Shown piece by piece: positions 28,497 through 41,515 of a stretch of 64,000 nucleotides of DNA. The notes beneath the pieces are model-generated. The model was not told where the DNA came from. It saw only the letters and a list, made by a program, of their open reading frames with translations, and searched no databases. This DNA comes from the human T2T-CHM13v2.0 reference genome, Homo sapiens. The stretch is taken from assembly GCF_009914755.1 (NCBI RefSeq), contig NC_060926.1; one strand, written 5' to 3'. Made by a program: the position numbers and the translations under genes. Numbering within the stretch: the stretch's first letter is position 1; each line of letters starts with the position of its first letter.

Positions 28497-29441
28497 CTGC
28501 AAACAATACACAGTGCCAACAAAAACACCATCCCTTTTCCCAAGAAGTTCAAAGCACTTTGCAAACATTAACTTATGAGCCCACATAGTCACGAAGCAAT
28601 TATTACTTTATTACACCCTTAAGATAACCACTGCAAGCAAAGTGGCTAGAAAAAAAAGAATGCATTCATTGTTTCATTATTCCTCAGCTATTTATTGAAT
28701 GCCTACTATGTGCTGGGCACTGGAGGTGGAGGAGCTCCTATGGGCTCTCACACTACTCCATGCTCTTTTGCCAACCCAGTTAGGGGCCCTAAGCACTTGG
28801 CTACACTAGCTATTATGTTTATTTACACTTTATTTTTGCCCAAATTGTTTAATGGAATGTGCAATGTGCTCCATTCTTCAGAATGCCTATAATGTGCTAA
28901 GTGCTAAGCGAACACACAAAAGAAAAACTTTTAAAGTTACCTATAAATCTCATTACCACTTTAGGAACTGGGGAATAGCAATTCAAAGTGCTGTCTTTTA
29001 AGGTGCCATAAACAAGCTTTAGTGTGTGCAATCTTTGTCTCTTTCGAGTTTGTGGAATTGCTATAGTGAATAAGGGGAGTTAAGATCAGTAATATGGTGC
29101 CAAATAGTTTATATAAATAATCTGTATTTTTTAAATCATTAATTAGATGAGCAAGCATGTTTGGTGATGCAGACAGCCTTTATCCACGGGTCTTTTTATG
29201 ATCTCTCTTTTATTTGATGTGACAAAATGGCAGGTCAGATATAGAAAGGGGTTGATGCCGTTTCTAAATTATTCTTTAGGCATCGGACTCCAGATATTTT
29301 AGAGTAGATGGTTGTCTAAGACTAACTGGATGAAAGAGGCTGGTGGCTGCTTTTAAAAAATGCATGGCTTTTTGATGAATTGAAAGGGACTCAAGCTGTT
29401 GTCTTTTAAAGATGCAAGCTAAGGATTCTAGTCTGTTGAGG

Positions 29442-29931
29442 TGTTACCCACACAACAGGTGGGTTAAACTGCTAGGCAGGAGACAGTCCAATGAGCACAA
29501 CCATGGAGTATTTAAGAGGGAGATTTTATTATTTGCAACAAGGAAGGAGGACATCTGGGATAGTTTCCCAAAGCAGTGCCTCCAGGAACAACAGTAAAAG
29601 CAGGACTTGTACTAGGCTGGTTAGCTGAGTCATTGTATGTGGAAGTGGCATAAAGGCAGTGCAGTCGCCTGCTGATCATGCTTCTACATACATTGCATGT
29701 ACAGAAAATGGCAAATAAACTTCTCCCTGAGCAAGGTTTCTTACTATGGTTAATGAGGAGAGTTGGCCAAAGTTCCTCTCCAACTCAGGCATCTCTGGAT
29801 CCAGCCAGTTTTAGTTTTTCCAGGGCTGAGCTTCTTCCCAGAGATTTTTGAAATAAGAACTCAAGATACAACAGACACAAGTGGGGATTTCCTCACAGTG
29901 CATACCCAAAAACCTGGAACCCTGGGTTACA
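29442..29931 (-). mobile_element. ERV1-class solo LTR (MER34/MER89/MER90-like)
   Basis: TG...CA ends with short inverted termini TGTTACCCA / TGGGTTACA, 4-bp TSD-like GAGG/CAGG, minus-strand AATAAA at 29525-29530. Confidence 0.75.
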
Positions 29932-30329
29932 CAGGGAATCACTAACCCACCCTAGTTTGGACTGAACATAGAGGCTGTTGTGGTTCTCACTCAGAAATTT
30001 ACATATATTTTTAAAGTTGTAGAGAACTATAATGCCACTTAAAACCCAACATTCCTCCCTAAAAAATACTTCTCTGATGAACCAGAATATGATGGAGGTA
30101 TAATATTGATCCAACATTCAAATGTATTGGTTAACACACATACCCCATGAAATTCAAGCTCCACATCTTAGCAGTTAAGTAGCACCTTCCTTTGGCCCCA
30201 AAGTACCTTTCCAGCCTCAGCCTCATCTTCATCCTCCTTATCACTCTGGCCACAGCATAGGTTTTCATAACAGTATGTGATGCTTACCTGGTACCCTCTG
30301 TCTTGAAGCCTGCCCCCACCCAGCTTCAA

Positions 30330-30380
30330 TAGACAGACAGACAGACAGACACAGACACACACACACACACGCACACCCAC
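30330..30380. repeat. (GACA)n(CA)n microsatellite
   Basis: Directly visible. Confidence 0.9.
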
Positions 30381-31349
30381 CTTTTCTACTTAAAAAACTT
30401 CATTCTTCAAGAGCACATGATATCTTCTTAGCCAATTTCTTCCCAAAATATATCATGTATAGAGATCATATCTTATTCCTTCTTATCTTCAGCAATTAGT
30501 ATAAATCTTTGTTGAACGTGGATTTCCTAAAACACATCAATATAGCATTTACTGAGGCTGGCAAGGTGATCAATTACTTGGGTTTACTCTTCAGCTGGTT
30601 GCACAAATTGGATTTTAAAAAATCTTTTTATTAAGCAGAGCTGTTAATGAAGAGAATAAAATCAATTAAATAAATTATTAAGTTGAAAACAGATCTATTA
30701 TTTTTATTAGAGAGGTGCTACATTAATAATACCATTATTACTCAGCTTCTCACACCTTAGATGGCAAAAAACTTCAGAGCCTGGGCCATGTTCTATCTAC
30801 TCCAAATATAATAGCACTGAAGGGAAAACTATATACCTGTGGAACTTCTACAGGAGGATGAGAAACAGCTAAACATCAACAGCAATGACAATGCCAGCTG
30901 AAACTGCTTATTTCTGATTTCAACTTACATAGGAAGAGAACAGAATAAAGGGATAGGGAAGGATCAAAAAGAGAAAAGAAGGAGAGGAAACCAAGGCAAT
31001 GGCTGCTGGAAAACATTATCCTTAGAATTAGGTTCTGCCATTTTTCTCTTTATGAAAGTGAGAAATAGAGACATTTCTCTTGATTGCACAGAACAGAATG
31101 ACCAGCAATTGGAGATAAATACTACTTAGTAAAAAGTTGTCCCATCTTCAAAGGCTCTTGCAAAAATTAGGGGCTGCTGATCTCTTTCAGTATTTTAGGA
31201 AGAGTCCTGTCATTATCTAGATTTGAAACATTGATGTCTGTTTTTCAGTTTTACTCAAAATAAACAGGGAAATCAATAATTTAACCTGTGAATAGCATGT
31301 ATGTTTAAAACCACATACTTTTAGTGGGCATAGTAAAGTGCTCCTGTAA

Positions 31350-31450
31350 ATATTCTTAGTTCACTTGATCCTCACAGCAACCCTTCAAGATGAGTATGGC
31401 ATCTTTTTACAGATAAAGAGACCGAGTCTCAGAGAGATTCAGTATCTTGC
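31350..31450 (-). mobile_element. MIR SINE fragment
   Basis: TGATCCTCACAGCAACCCT...TTTTACAGATAAAGAGACCGAGTCTCAGAGAG. Confidence 0.7.
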
Positions 31451-31810
31451 AGAATTAATATATAAACCCCAACAGTCTAACTGCACTCTTGTTATTCTTT
31501 CATCAAATTACAACACTATGTGAACACTTTAAGAATTATTATAGATGCAACTTTTATTCTTTACAGAACAAAATGCTGGCACTTTATATTATGCACCCAA
31601 ATTTACTGAACAGGAGGTCTGTATATGATATAAAACGATTTTTTTTCCTTGACACCTGGAAATTACCTGAGAATCCCGATGTCATTTAAGGAATGCATTC
31701 CCAAGTTAATTAAACCTCATCAACACACAAGCAAATATTTATTTTCAGTTCTAAAAGCTTTCAGCCTTAATTCTTTAGCAGGCAATGCAAATTCATGTTT
31801 CCCGCCAAAT

Positions 31811-31825
31811 CCAGCAGAGGGCAGG
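31811..31825 (+). promoter_or_regulatory. Candidate CTCF binding site
   Basis: CCAGCAGAGGGCAGG matches 14 of 15 positions of CCASYAGRKGGCRSY, in non-repeat DNA. Confidence 0.45.
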
Positions 31826-32424
31826 ATACTCCCACCAACAGTCAGCAGCTGGCTAGTGCCTCTAGCCAAGCCAGTGCAGTTGCCTGGTGCAGTGTTCCTG
31901 CACTGGAGCAATCATCATCTTCTCACCTGGATCCGAAATACAGTGCAGGCTTGTGCTGAAAATAGGGAATGTGGGATGTACCCTTGGAAATGTCCAGAAA
32001 AGTTTTGCCTTAGAGGCTGCTCACATTTTGTTTGAGCTAAAGATACCTGGAAACTAGCCAGTTCCCATTACCTTCCTGGAATATCTTGCTGAGGATGCTA
32101 CACTATGGAATTAATTTAAGATATACCATGATAGTTTCTGTTTCTGGCTTTAGGCCATCTTAGGTCATAGCCGAGCTACTCCACTATTGGGCTCCATGCC
32201 TCACTCCCACACCTTCTATCTCCCTGTGTCCCTAACAACTCTTAAGAGCTACCCATTGCATGGCTTCCTCTGTCTGTCATCCCTGCATAACCCTCACTAA
32301 TCAAGAACAATGACCTCCTGCCCACTAATTCAACTTCTCCCCAAGCCTGACTTACGGGCCACCTCCTCCAGGAAGTTGCTGGAGGTCCTTGAACCAGTGG
32401 TCATCATCAAGAAACATTTGCCAA

Positions 32425-32831
32425 TGTCAAAGTCAAATGAAATATAAAGAAGAATCTTTAAACTCACTGTTCCATTTGGGAATCACAGAATTGCAATATG
32501 AGTTATACACACACACAGAGGTGGTCTTCAGTATGTCTGAAGAACAAAGAGAAGGTTGGAAGTTTTACTGGAAAGAGAAATGTTATGTTATCTTGAAAGA
32601 AAACTCATTGGCACTAGCAAAGTTTTGGGGGACTGGCAAGCTCTGATTGGTGAGTGATGGTGGTAGGTAAAATTAATCTTAAGAGTGTCAGCAGGTTGTT
32701 TCAGCAACTGGGCATGTGGACAATTCTTGGGGTAGGTGTTATGTGCCCCCAGTCATTTTCTCCCTTACCCCTTGAATCTTATTTAGTTCAGTATGACAAT
32801 AATAAATCAATGTGTGTAATTAACTTTCACA
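32425..32831 (-). mobile_element. ERV1 MER4-group solo LTR (MER93-like)
   Basis: Minus strand starts TGTGAAAGTTAATTAC, ends TTGACA; CCAAT box (CTGATTGG on +); about 400 bp. Confidence 0.7.
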
Positions 32832-34710
32832 GTAAGCGAACTATTGGGTGAAGGTTTTGTACTAGAACTTGGGTCTAAAAAGATATATCCCATTCCTTCC
32901 AGTCCAGATAGTAGCATGGTAAATGTAACATGGAAAACAGCAAGGATAAATGCCACAGTTCACAGGAGAGAACAGTGCTTCTGAAGGTGGCAGAATAATT
33001 GTAGCAAACTTCTAGATTTTTCAAACTATGGACTAGAAGTTTGTGATTAGGACCTCAAAGGCTCCCAGGGTGAGGTGGCATTAGGGGAAGGGATGGGTAG
33101 TTGGACAGGCTTTGTACCACCCCCAAAACCACTTCCCTACCCTCACTTCCCCCCACCTCCAACCAGATGAAAACAATGCCATTTTAACCTGTATTATTTA
33201 TGTACACCTCTGGATACTACATAAAGACTTCCTTTAAAGAAAGCGGATCTGCAAGTAAGCAAACAATCCACCCACAATAATCATAACAACAACAAAACAA
33301 ATTTAAAAAAAAAACAGCTTAAAAATCACTGGTCTAAAATTCAAAGGCCTTTCTTCACTGTTGAGGAAGCCATTCCTGGAGAGGAGGAAAGACCAAACTA
33401 AGCTGTAGGCTGATCAGTGAGGGAACTGGAATTTGAATTCCATCTAGCCTCTAAAGCCTAACACTTTTGACTAAACGATGAGGCTTATATTGAGCCTGAA
33501 AGATAAGGAGTCATTAAATAAAGGGATGAACCCCTTAGTCATTCTTAGGTAAAAAGAGTCACCCAACCAGCAAAGCCTCCCAGAGCAGAGGTGAGGGGAA
33601 AAGTTGCTTGCATGAACTTAACCAGCCACAGATTAAGGTTATGTTTTAAACCACGTTTATTGGCAAGGCATTGAGCGCTTGGACAGAGTGACAAACCAGA
33701 TAGATGTGACAACTCTCTGTGTTCATGGAGCTTACATTCTAGTAAAAGATATGGACATGTCATTATCATTTGAGAAAAGTTACACTGGAGAAGTACAATG
33801 TTCTACAAGGGAGTTATTAAATTCTATGCTCAGCACCACCTCCCAGATTATTCTTTCAGCCATGTCTAATTAATTATTCAAACAACTAGTTGTCCCAATT
33901 GCATAAAGTCCAGCCTGGCTCTCTTTAGGCCTTTCTCCACCCTCAATGCAGAATGTCATCCAGGATCTCAAGTTGCATTTATTTGTCATGTCTACTCAGT
34001 CTTCTGCAATCTGGGACAGTTTCTTAGTCTTTTCTTTTTCATGACCTTGACACTTTTGAAGAGTATGGTCAGCTGTTTAATAGAATATTCTTCAATCTGT
34101 TTGTCTAATATTTCCTTATGATTAAATAAAACTCATGTATTTTTGGCAAGAATACCCCAGAAATGATACCATACTCTTCTCAGTGCATCATATAGAGAGT
34201 CCATGTTGTCAAAGTGTCACATTTTGATGATGTTAACTTTGATCGCTTAGTTAAGTTAGTCTGCCAAGTTTCTCCACAATAAAGATAATATTTCCCCTTG
34301 TAATTAGCTAGTGAAGATAGTCTGAAACTGTGTAAATATCTTGTTTCTAATTATATTTTTGCACACTAGTTTTAACACCAATTGAATTGTCCTTAAAACA
34401 ATTATTACTGTGCCATTAACCAAATGGCAACTTTATATTTCCACCACTTCTTCTATATTTACTCTTTGGAATTCTACTGTAAGGAAGACACCTCCTTTCT
34501 CCCTCATTTATTTATTTATTTGATTATTTGTTTTCATCAGTATGAATTAGTAGATATTTATTTTATTCAATGGATTATAATTCATTTATTTTTTGGCCCA
34601 TATTGTCCCAGTTTTAGCCTTCAAGAGCTCCTTTAGGTTGGCTTCCAGTCCTTTCAATATGCTCCCATCATTTTTGAGCATTCACATTCTGGCATCACAA
34701 GATGATTCAA

Positions 34711-34990
<280 letters not shown>

Positions 34991-35002
34991 TAAATAGATA
35001 GG

Positions 35003-35037
<35 letters not shown>

Positions 35038-35072
35038 TTAGATAGATAGATAGATGGATGGATGATAGATAT
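34991..35072. repeat. (GATA)n tetranucleotide microsatellite derived from Alu tail
   Basis: Directly visible interrupted TAGA array. Confidence 0.95.
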
Positions 35073-35239
35073 ATAGGTTCAGGCATATCTTTTACTTTCT
35101 GCATCCCAGCCTTCAGATTAGCCATTTAACTGAAAAATGGTACTTAGAATTCAAGTTCTGAGTACTAGGATACTCATTGCTGCTGGGGTGTCATTGCTTC
35201 TAGTCCTAAGTGAACAGAGCTAAGAAATATATGTATATA

Positions 35240-35486
35240 CAGTTGGTGCTCTATATCTGCAGATTCCAGCCTCAGATCAAAAATAATTCAAAGAAGATAA
35301 AAATTAATATAGTACAATTATTTCATAGCATTTATACTATATTAAGCATTGTAATATCTAGAGATGATTTAAAGTATACAAGATGTGCATAGGTTATGTG
35401 CAAATACTATGCCATTTTATAAAAGGGACTTGAGCATCTGTGGGGTGCCCTGGAACCAGTTCCCTGTGGATACCTAGGGACAAGCG
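35240..35486 (-). mobile_element. MER2 (TcMar-Tigger) DNA transposon relic
   Basis: CTAGAGATGATTTAAAGTATAC...GGTTATGTGCAAATACTATGCCATTTTATAAAAGGGACTTGAGCATC...CCTGGAACCA; TA on both flanks. Confidence 0.85.
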
Positions 35487-35536
35487 TATATACACAAAAA
35501 TATATGCACATCTATAAGTATTTCTGTAACTATCTC

Positions 35537-35612
35537 CTCTCTCTTTCTCTCTTTCTCACTCTCTCTCTTTCTCTCTCTCTCTCTGTGAGTGTGTGTGTGT
35601 GTGTGTGTGTGT
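35537..35612. repeat. (CT)n(GT)n compound microsatellite
   Basis: Directly visible. Confidence 0.95.
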
Positions 35613-36351
35613 ATTCAGAACCAGTATATACAGAAACAGTAGTTCAAACTGATATATGTGAATCTAATCCATAGGGGTCATTCTCACCTTCCCCATTTCC
35701 TCATCTGTAACTCTTTTGTCTGATAGGGAGAAACTGGCTCTCATTATTCACAATTTGTTTACTTATTTGTTCAATCTTAGAATACATATAGTTTTAGAAT
35801 TACTGACACATTTTCCTGAGAAGGAAAATGAAAAATGAATTTCCTGAGAAGGGTACAATATTTTTGTGCAGTTTTTTTTTATCTTTGCCCTTATAGAATA
35901 TATTTAAAAGGCTGTTTTTCAGTATTACTTAGATTCATTCTTTTTTATCCCATTTATTATGGTTGTGGTATTAATTTTGCGTTACATGCATTGGTTACTG
36001 TTTGTGTTCTATTTTGGTTTCCCACACATCCTGGTTAATATAAATTAGTTTTTTAAATATGTGAAACACTACTTGGTTCAAGAAGTTAGAAACATCCCAG
36101 AAGATGTACTTGCAGAAGTATCCCACTTCATTCCTTCTAACCATTCCCATTCCCCTATTCTTTCCACCCCATTCCCACTGATCTCTGTAAATAACCAATC
36201 ACAGTAGTTTCTACTTTTACCCTCCTATATTTCTTTTTGTGCAGATGAGAAAATATACGTATATTTTCTTATATCTCTTTCTTTCTCATCTAATGGTACC
36301 ATACTATAGATATATGTGCACTTTACTTTTTTCACTTAAAAGCATATCCTA

Positions 36352-36642
<291 letters not shown>

Positions 36643-37509
36643 TTATTCTGGATACCAGTATAATATCAGTCCAGAGATTCTTCACTCATTTTTACAACAC
36701 CATAATACTCTCTATGGTGTGGATGTGCCATAGTTTATTCAACCATTCCCCCTAAGTATGGACATTCTGGTGTTTTTCCATAACTTGCATTTACAAACAG
36801 TGCTTCAGTGAATAACAGTGTGCACATGTATTTAGTTGTATTGCTGGAGCTGTGCTTTCAGAATAACTTCCTAGAAATAGGATTAATGGGTCAAAAGGTA
36901 AATGCATGTATACTTTTGTTAGTTATTGCTAAATTTTTCTAGGGGCTTTTAATAGCTGTTAATGTCCAAGCTGCACCCCAGAGATTCCAATATAATTGGC
37001 CAAAGGCTGGGCGTTAGTATTATTTTTTAAATTTGTACCCCTTTGTTGAGATGTAATTTACATACTATAAATTCACTCTAAGCGTAAGATTCAATAACGT
37101 TAAAGTTAATTTATACAGCTGTGCAAGCATTACCAGTATTGTTCTTTTCAAAACTCTCCATGTGATTCTAATGATAGTCGAGAGATTAAGGTGACTAAAC
37201 AAGGTCATTATTGCTGATGCTTTTCACTACCATATGGTGTCGCTGTCCTGCTACTTGAAGGCACAGGGCTTTTCTTAATGCTATAGTGCTCTGCCGTTTT
37301 AAATCCAGTGGAACCTATTTCACATTAAACCAGACTCCTCTTTAAGGATATTGTCTTATTCATGTCAATTGGTCCCTTCTGTCCCAGCAACCAGCTGAGC
37401 ATAATCCTAAAAAAAGAAGTCAACATATATTTTGAATATCACCCACAGGAGGTAGTCTTTTGAGTGACTCCCTTAAGAAGGACTCATACTATTTCGTATA
37501 TAAAGGGGC

Positions 37510-38115
37510 TGACACAGACCCAGTCTGGGAAATGCTGGGAATGGTTTCCTCAGGCAGGTGACATTTGAACTCCTTTTTAACTGATGACTATGACTTAACC
37601 TGGTGAAACACAGTGGGTAGAGGAGAGCACATTCCAGACAAAGCAAGCAGTACAGGCAATGGCCCTGCAGCAGGGCTGGTGTGCCTCGTGCACATAGAGA
37701 TTATGGTGAAATATGTTGCTAAATAAGACCAGAAAGGTAGGCCTGAGGCCAGATCACCCCAGCTCTTTTAGGCCTGAAGCATTTTGGTCTCAATTTTAAA
37801 AGCACTGGAAACCCACTGAAAAAATTAAGTGCTAGACTAGAGAAGAAGTGGGCTTGTGTGACATTGTCAGATTTATTGAGAAAAGTTCACTGGGGCTGCA
37901 GCACACACACACACGCACAAAAGACTGGCAAAAGTGGCTAGTGGAAGACCAATTAGAGGACAAATGTGCTGAAGCACAGAAACATGATTTTTTAAAAATC
38001 CTACTTGGCGACCAGAGTGGTGCTAATATTGAGAAAAGCAATAGACTGACAGGACTTAATGATTGGTTGAGACTCTGGGGGCTGAGAGAGAAATGTATCA
38101 AGGATGACTCAGGTT
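37510..38115 (-). mobile_element. L2 LINE fragment
   Basis: GGTGACATTTGAACT, AGAGCACATTCCAGACAAAG, GACTGACAGGACTTAATGATTGGTTG, TCAAGGATGACTC antisense L2 motifs. Confidence 0.65.
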
Positions 38116-38124
38116 AACAGACTA

Positions 38125-38640
38125 CACCACCCACTTCTCCTTGCAGTCATCCCAGGTCCTCTCCTCTTTACTCCTCCTCATTCTTTCGGAGCTTTTAGCT
38201 TCCTGCTCTCTGTCATTCTCTCTATGCTGCCATGATTCTTGACGATTTCAATATATATGCAGATACTCCTTCCATTACCCCAGTTGCTTAGTTCCTTGAT
38301 TTCCTCTTACAATCATTTTGTATTCTATGTCATCTTAGCCACTGATTCCCACAGACATACCCTTGACCTTCCACTACCATTAACTGAAATCCCTCCATAA
38401 TTTCATTTGCAAACACCCATTCTAGTACCCCAATTCAAGCAATCCTTTGATTCTATCACGATCTATATCCCACTGATTCTACCACAATTGCACTGCCCCT
38501 CATCTCATCATAGCCTCATTTTCATTACTAGACAGCTTAAATTATATAATCAATCATTGCAATCACTCTCTTTCATATATTATCAACTCACTCAGACCTC
38601 TCTTAATTTGTACAATCCCTTGGCCAAGCCACCATTATTA
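38125..38640 (+). mobile_element. L2 LINE internal fragment
   Basis: CT-rich; ATTCTTGACGATTTCAATATA (GDFN-like endonuclease remnant) and CATACCCTTGACCTT (HTLDL-like). Confidence 0.55.
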
Positions 38641-39089
38641 TGATTAAATGGTGCCCTTTAGAGTGGTATAAAAACAAGATGTATACCAGATACCTTTTAT
38701 TTCCCCCTGATGATCAAATGTCCCTTCTTTTCCCCATTCTATGTTCTGGGAAGCTGATCTTATAAGGATTACACCAACAGAGCCTTATGTCCTCTGTCAT
38801 TCAAATGGTTCAAACAATGGAGAACCCCGGCAGGAAATAAGAGGAATAGAGAAAAATTGAGTTACAGTTATTTATTTTACTTGTTTCATCCTTGCAAATT
38901 CATCAAGAATTATTTGTATCGCTAATTGAAGTCAATTCAGTGGCCTAGTGAAAAGTATTGCCTCTCGTGAATTTTGAATATCTCTTCTTCCACCCATTCC
39001 CTTCTGTCTAGAGATATCAGCAGTTCCACTGCTTTTAGACCTGGGTTCCTGCATTATCCCTGTAGTGTAGTTGTACTCTATGAACGACT

Positions 39090-39980
39090 TTTGTTTTACA
39101 TTTATTATTAAGGTGAAATTGACATAGTGAAATGCATATAAACCAATCAACTTTAACAAATATATGCACCGGGAAAATGCACATTCTAATCAAGATATGG
39201 AACACTTCCATCATACCAGTAACTTTTCTCATGCCCCTCTCCAATCAATACACTCTCTGCTGTGGCAAACACTATTCTGGTTTCTATCACCACAGATTAC
39301 GTTTGCAGATTTTAAACTTTTATAAATTGAATTGTATAGTTTTTATTCTATTGTTTCTTGCATCTTGCTCTCAATATCATGTCTATAAGATTCATGATAT
39401 AGTTTTTTCAGTAGTTTGTCTCTTTTTACTGTACTATTGCATTATATGAGTACACCACAGTTCATCTCTTCTACTCATGGTCATTAGGGTGGTTTCTAAT
39501 TATTTGCTTTTATACACAAAGATGTTATGAATATTCTTGCACAATCGTTCTGTAGGTATATATTTTCATTTGGGGGGATAATTAAAGAGGAGTGGAATTA
39601 TGGGTCATGGGGAAAATGTATCTTTATCTTTATAAGAAACTTTCAAACAGTTTTGCAAAGTGGTCGAACAATGTTATGTAAGTGTGAGAGTTTCAATTGC
39701 TCCACATTGTTGCCAATATTGGGGCTTGTTATGTTGTCTTTATAATATTAGGTATTCTACTGAATACAGTAGTGTCTCATTGTGGTTTTAACCTCCATTT
39801 CAAATATTGAGTACATTCCTATGTGCTTACTGACCATTTGTCAATCTTCTTTTGTGAGATGTTCCAGTCTGTGGCCCAATGGGGAAGAGGGCATTTATTT
39901 TCTTATAATTGGATTATAAGAGTTCTTTTTATATTCTCATTGCAACACTTTTGCAGATATAGATTTTGGCCAGTATTTTT
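39090..39980 (-). mobile_element. Old L1 (L1ME-like) 3' region
   Basis: ATTAAGGTGAAATTGACATA...AATCAAGATATGGAACACTTCCATCA...GTGTCTCATTGTGGTTTTAA. Confidence 0.75.
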
Positions 39981-40144
39981 TTCCTGTTTGGTGCCTTGCA
40001 GTTCCTCTTTCTGTAGATTAAACGATAGAATTGTGTCATTGTTAATTTCCTATTTGATAATTGCCATGTAGTTATCCAGTAGAATATTCTTATGTTTAGG
40101 AGATGCATACTGAAGTAGGGAGAAGTAAAGAAGCATCATATCAG

Positions 40145-40151
40145 AGATATA

Positions 40152-40210
<59 letters not shown>

Positions 40211-40252
40211 GTATATATATATACACACATACATATCTATATGGAGAGAGAG
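40145..40252. repeat. (TA)n/(CA)n compound microsatellite
   Basis: Directly visible. Confidence 0.95.
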
Positions 40253-40455
40253 AATGATATAGCAAATGTGGTAAAATGTTAACATATGGGGAATCTGAGT
40301 GAAGGGTAATTAGGAATTCTTTATACTAGCAACTTTTCTGTAAGTCTGAAATTATTTCAACATAAAGTTTAGTAAAAAAAAAAAAAGAGAGAGAGAGAGA
40401 ATGTATGACATTAAAGAAATATAGAAAGAAAGCACTTTAATCAGAAGGAGAGCCT

Positions 40456-40817
40456 TGTAGACTGAATGTTTGTGTCCTTCCTAGATTCATATGTTGAAGC
40501 CTTAACCCTGAATGTGATGGTATTAAGTGGGGCTTTTGAAAGGTAATTAAGTTTAGATGAGGTCATGAGGGTAGAGCCTAGTGATAAAATTAGTCCCCTT
40601 ATAAGAAGAGAAAAAGACACCACAGCTTCCTTTCTCTGCAGTGTGAACGTACAGCAAGAAGACAGCTGTCTGCAAACCAGGAAGAGGGCCCTCACCAAAT
40701 ACGGAATCTTCTAGTACCTTAATCTTGGACTTTCCAGGCTCTAGAGCTGTGAGAAATAAATTGTTGTTTAAGCCTCCTAGTCTATAGTATCTTGTTACAG
40801 CAGCCCAAACTAACACA
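40456..40817 (+). mobile_element. MaLR solo LTR (MLT1A/MLT1A0-like)
   Basis: ACTGAATGTTTGTGTCC...ATTCATATGTTGAAGCCTTAACCC...GAGAAATAAATT...GTTACAGCAGCCCAAACTAACACA. Confidence 0.88.
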
Positions 40818-41515
40818 GAAGTATTCACCAAACTTTTGTTATGGTAGGAGGTCAAATGAGATAAAAACTGAAGAATGTTGAAAAAGTATGCAGATGCGAA
40901 GTTGTAGATGTCTTGCATGCCAAACTAAGGGATAATTGACTATATTTCTGAGGACTACAGGGACGATACGGATACAATTAACAATTACTGAACTTGAGGA
41001 CCGCATGTGTAAGGTATTATTTCAGAAAGATTAATCTGGCAAAGGCATTCTTTGCCAGAGATGGGGAGACAAGATACTAGTTGGAGACATCAGTTAATAG
41101 ATAATCACAACAACCCAGGAAATGAAGATTTAGACTTGGATCTAGATGAAGATTAGACCACTGGATCAGTGGTCAAAGGGAACCAGATCGAGGCTAAAGA
41201 AAATGAGAAATTACTATGATAAAAATGGGAAGCAAACAGTGGCAGAGTGAAGAGTTAAAGTCACTTTGCTATAATCATCACATAGAATGTAATAAACTGG
41301 TGAGGTGGGGAGAGAAAAGGACAATTATGTTGTTCCTTTAACTATGGCAGAATGACTTTCCTCCAGTTTGTTTAATGCTAACACACAGAGCATGTCTCTG
41401 TGCTGTACAGTGGAAGGTCATGAGGTAGAAATGGCAAAGAATAAAGTACCTCACTGGAAGGTTTTCTGAATAGGCATTTGTTTCCCTCTTAAAGAAACAC
41501 ACTCTTTAAGATATA

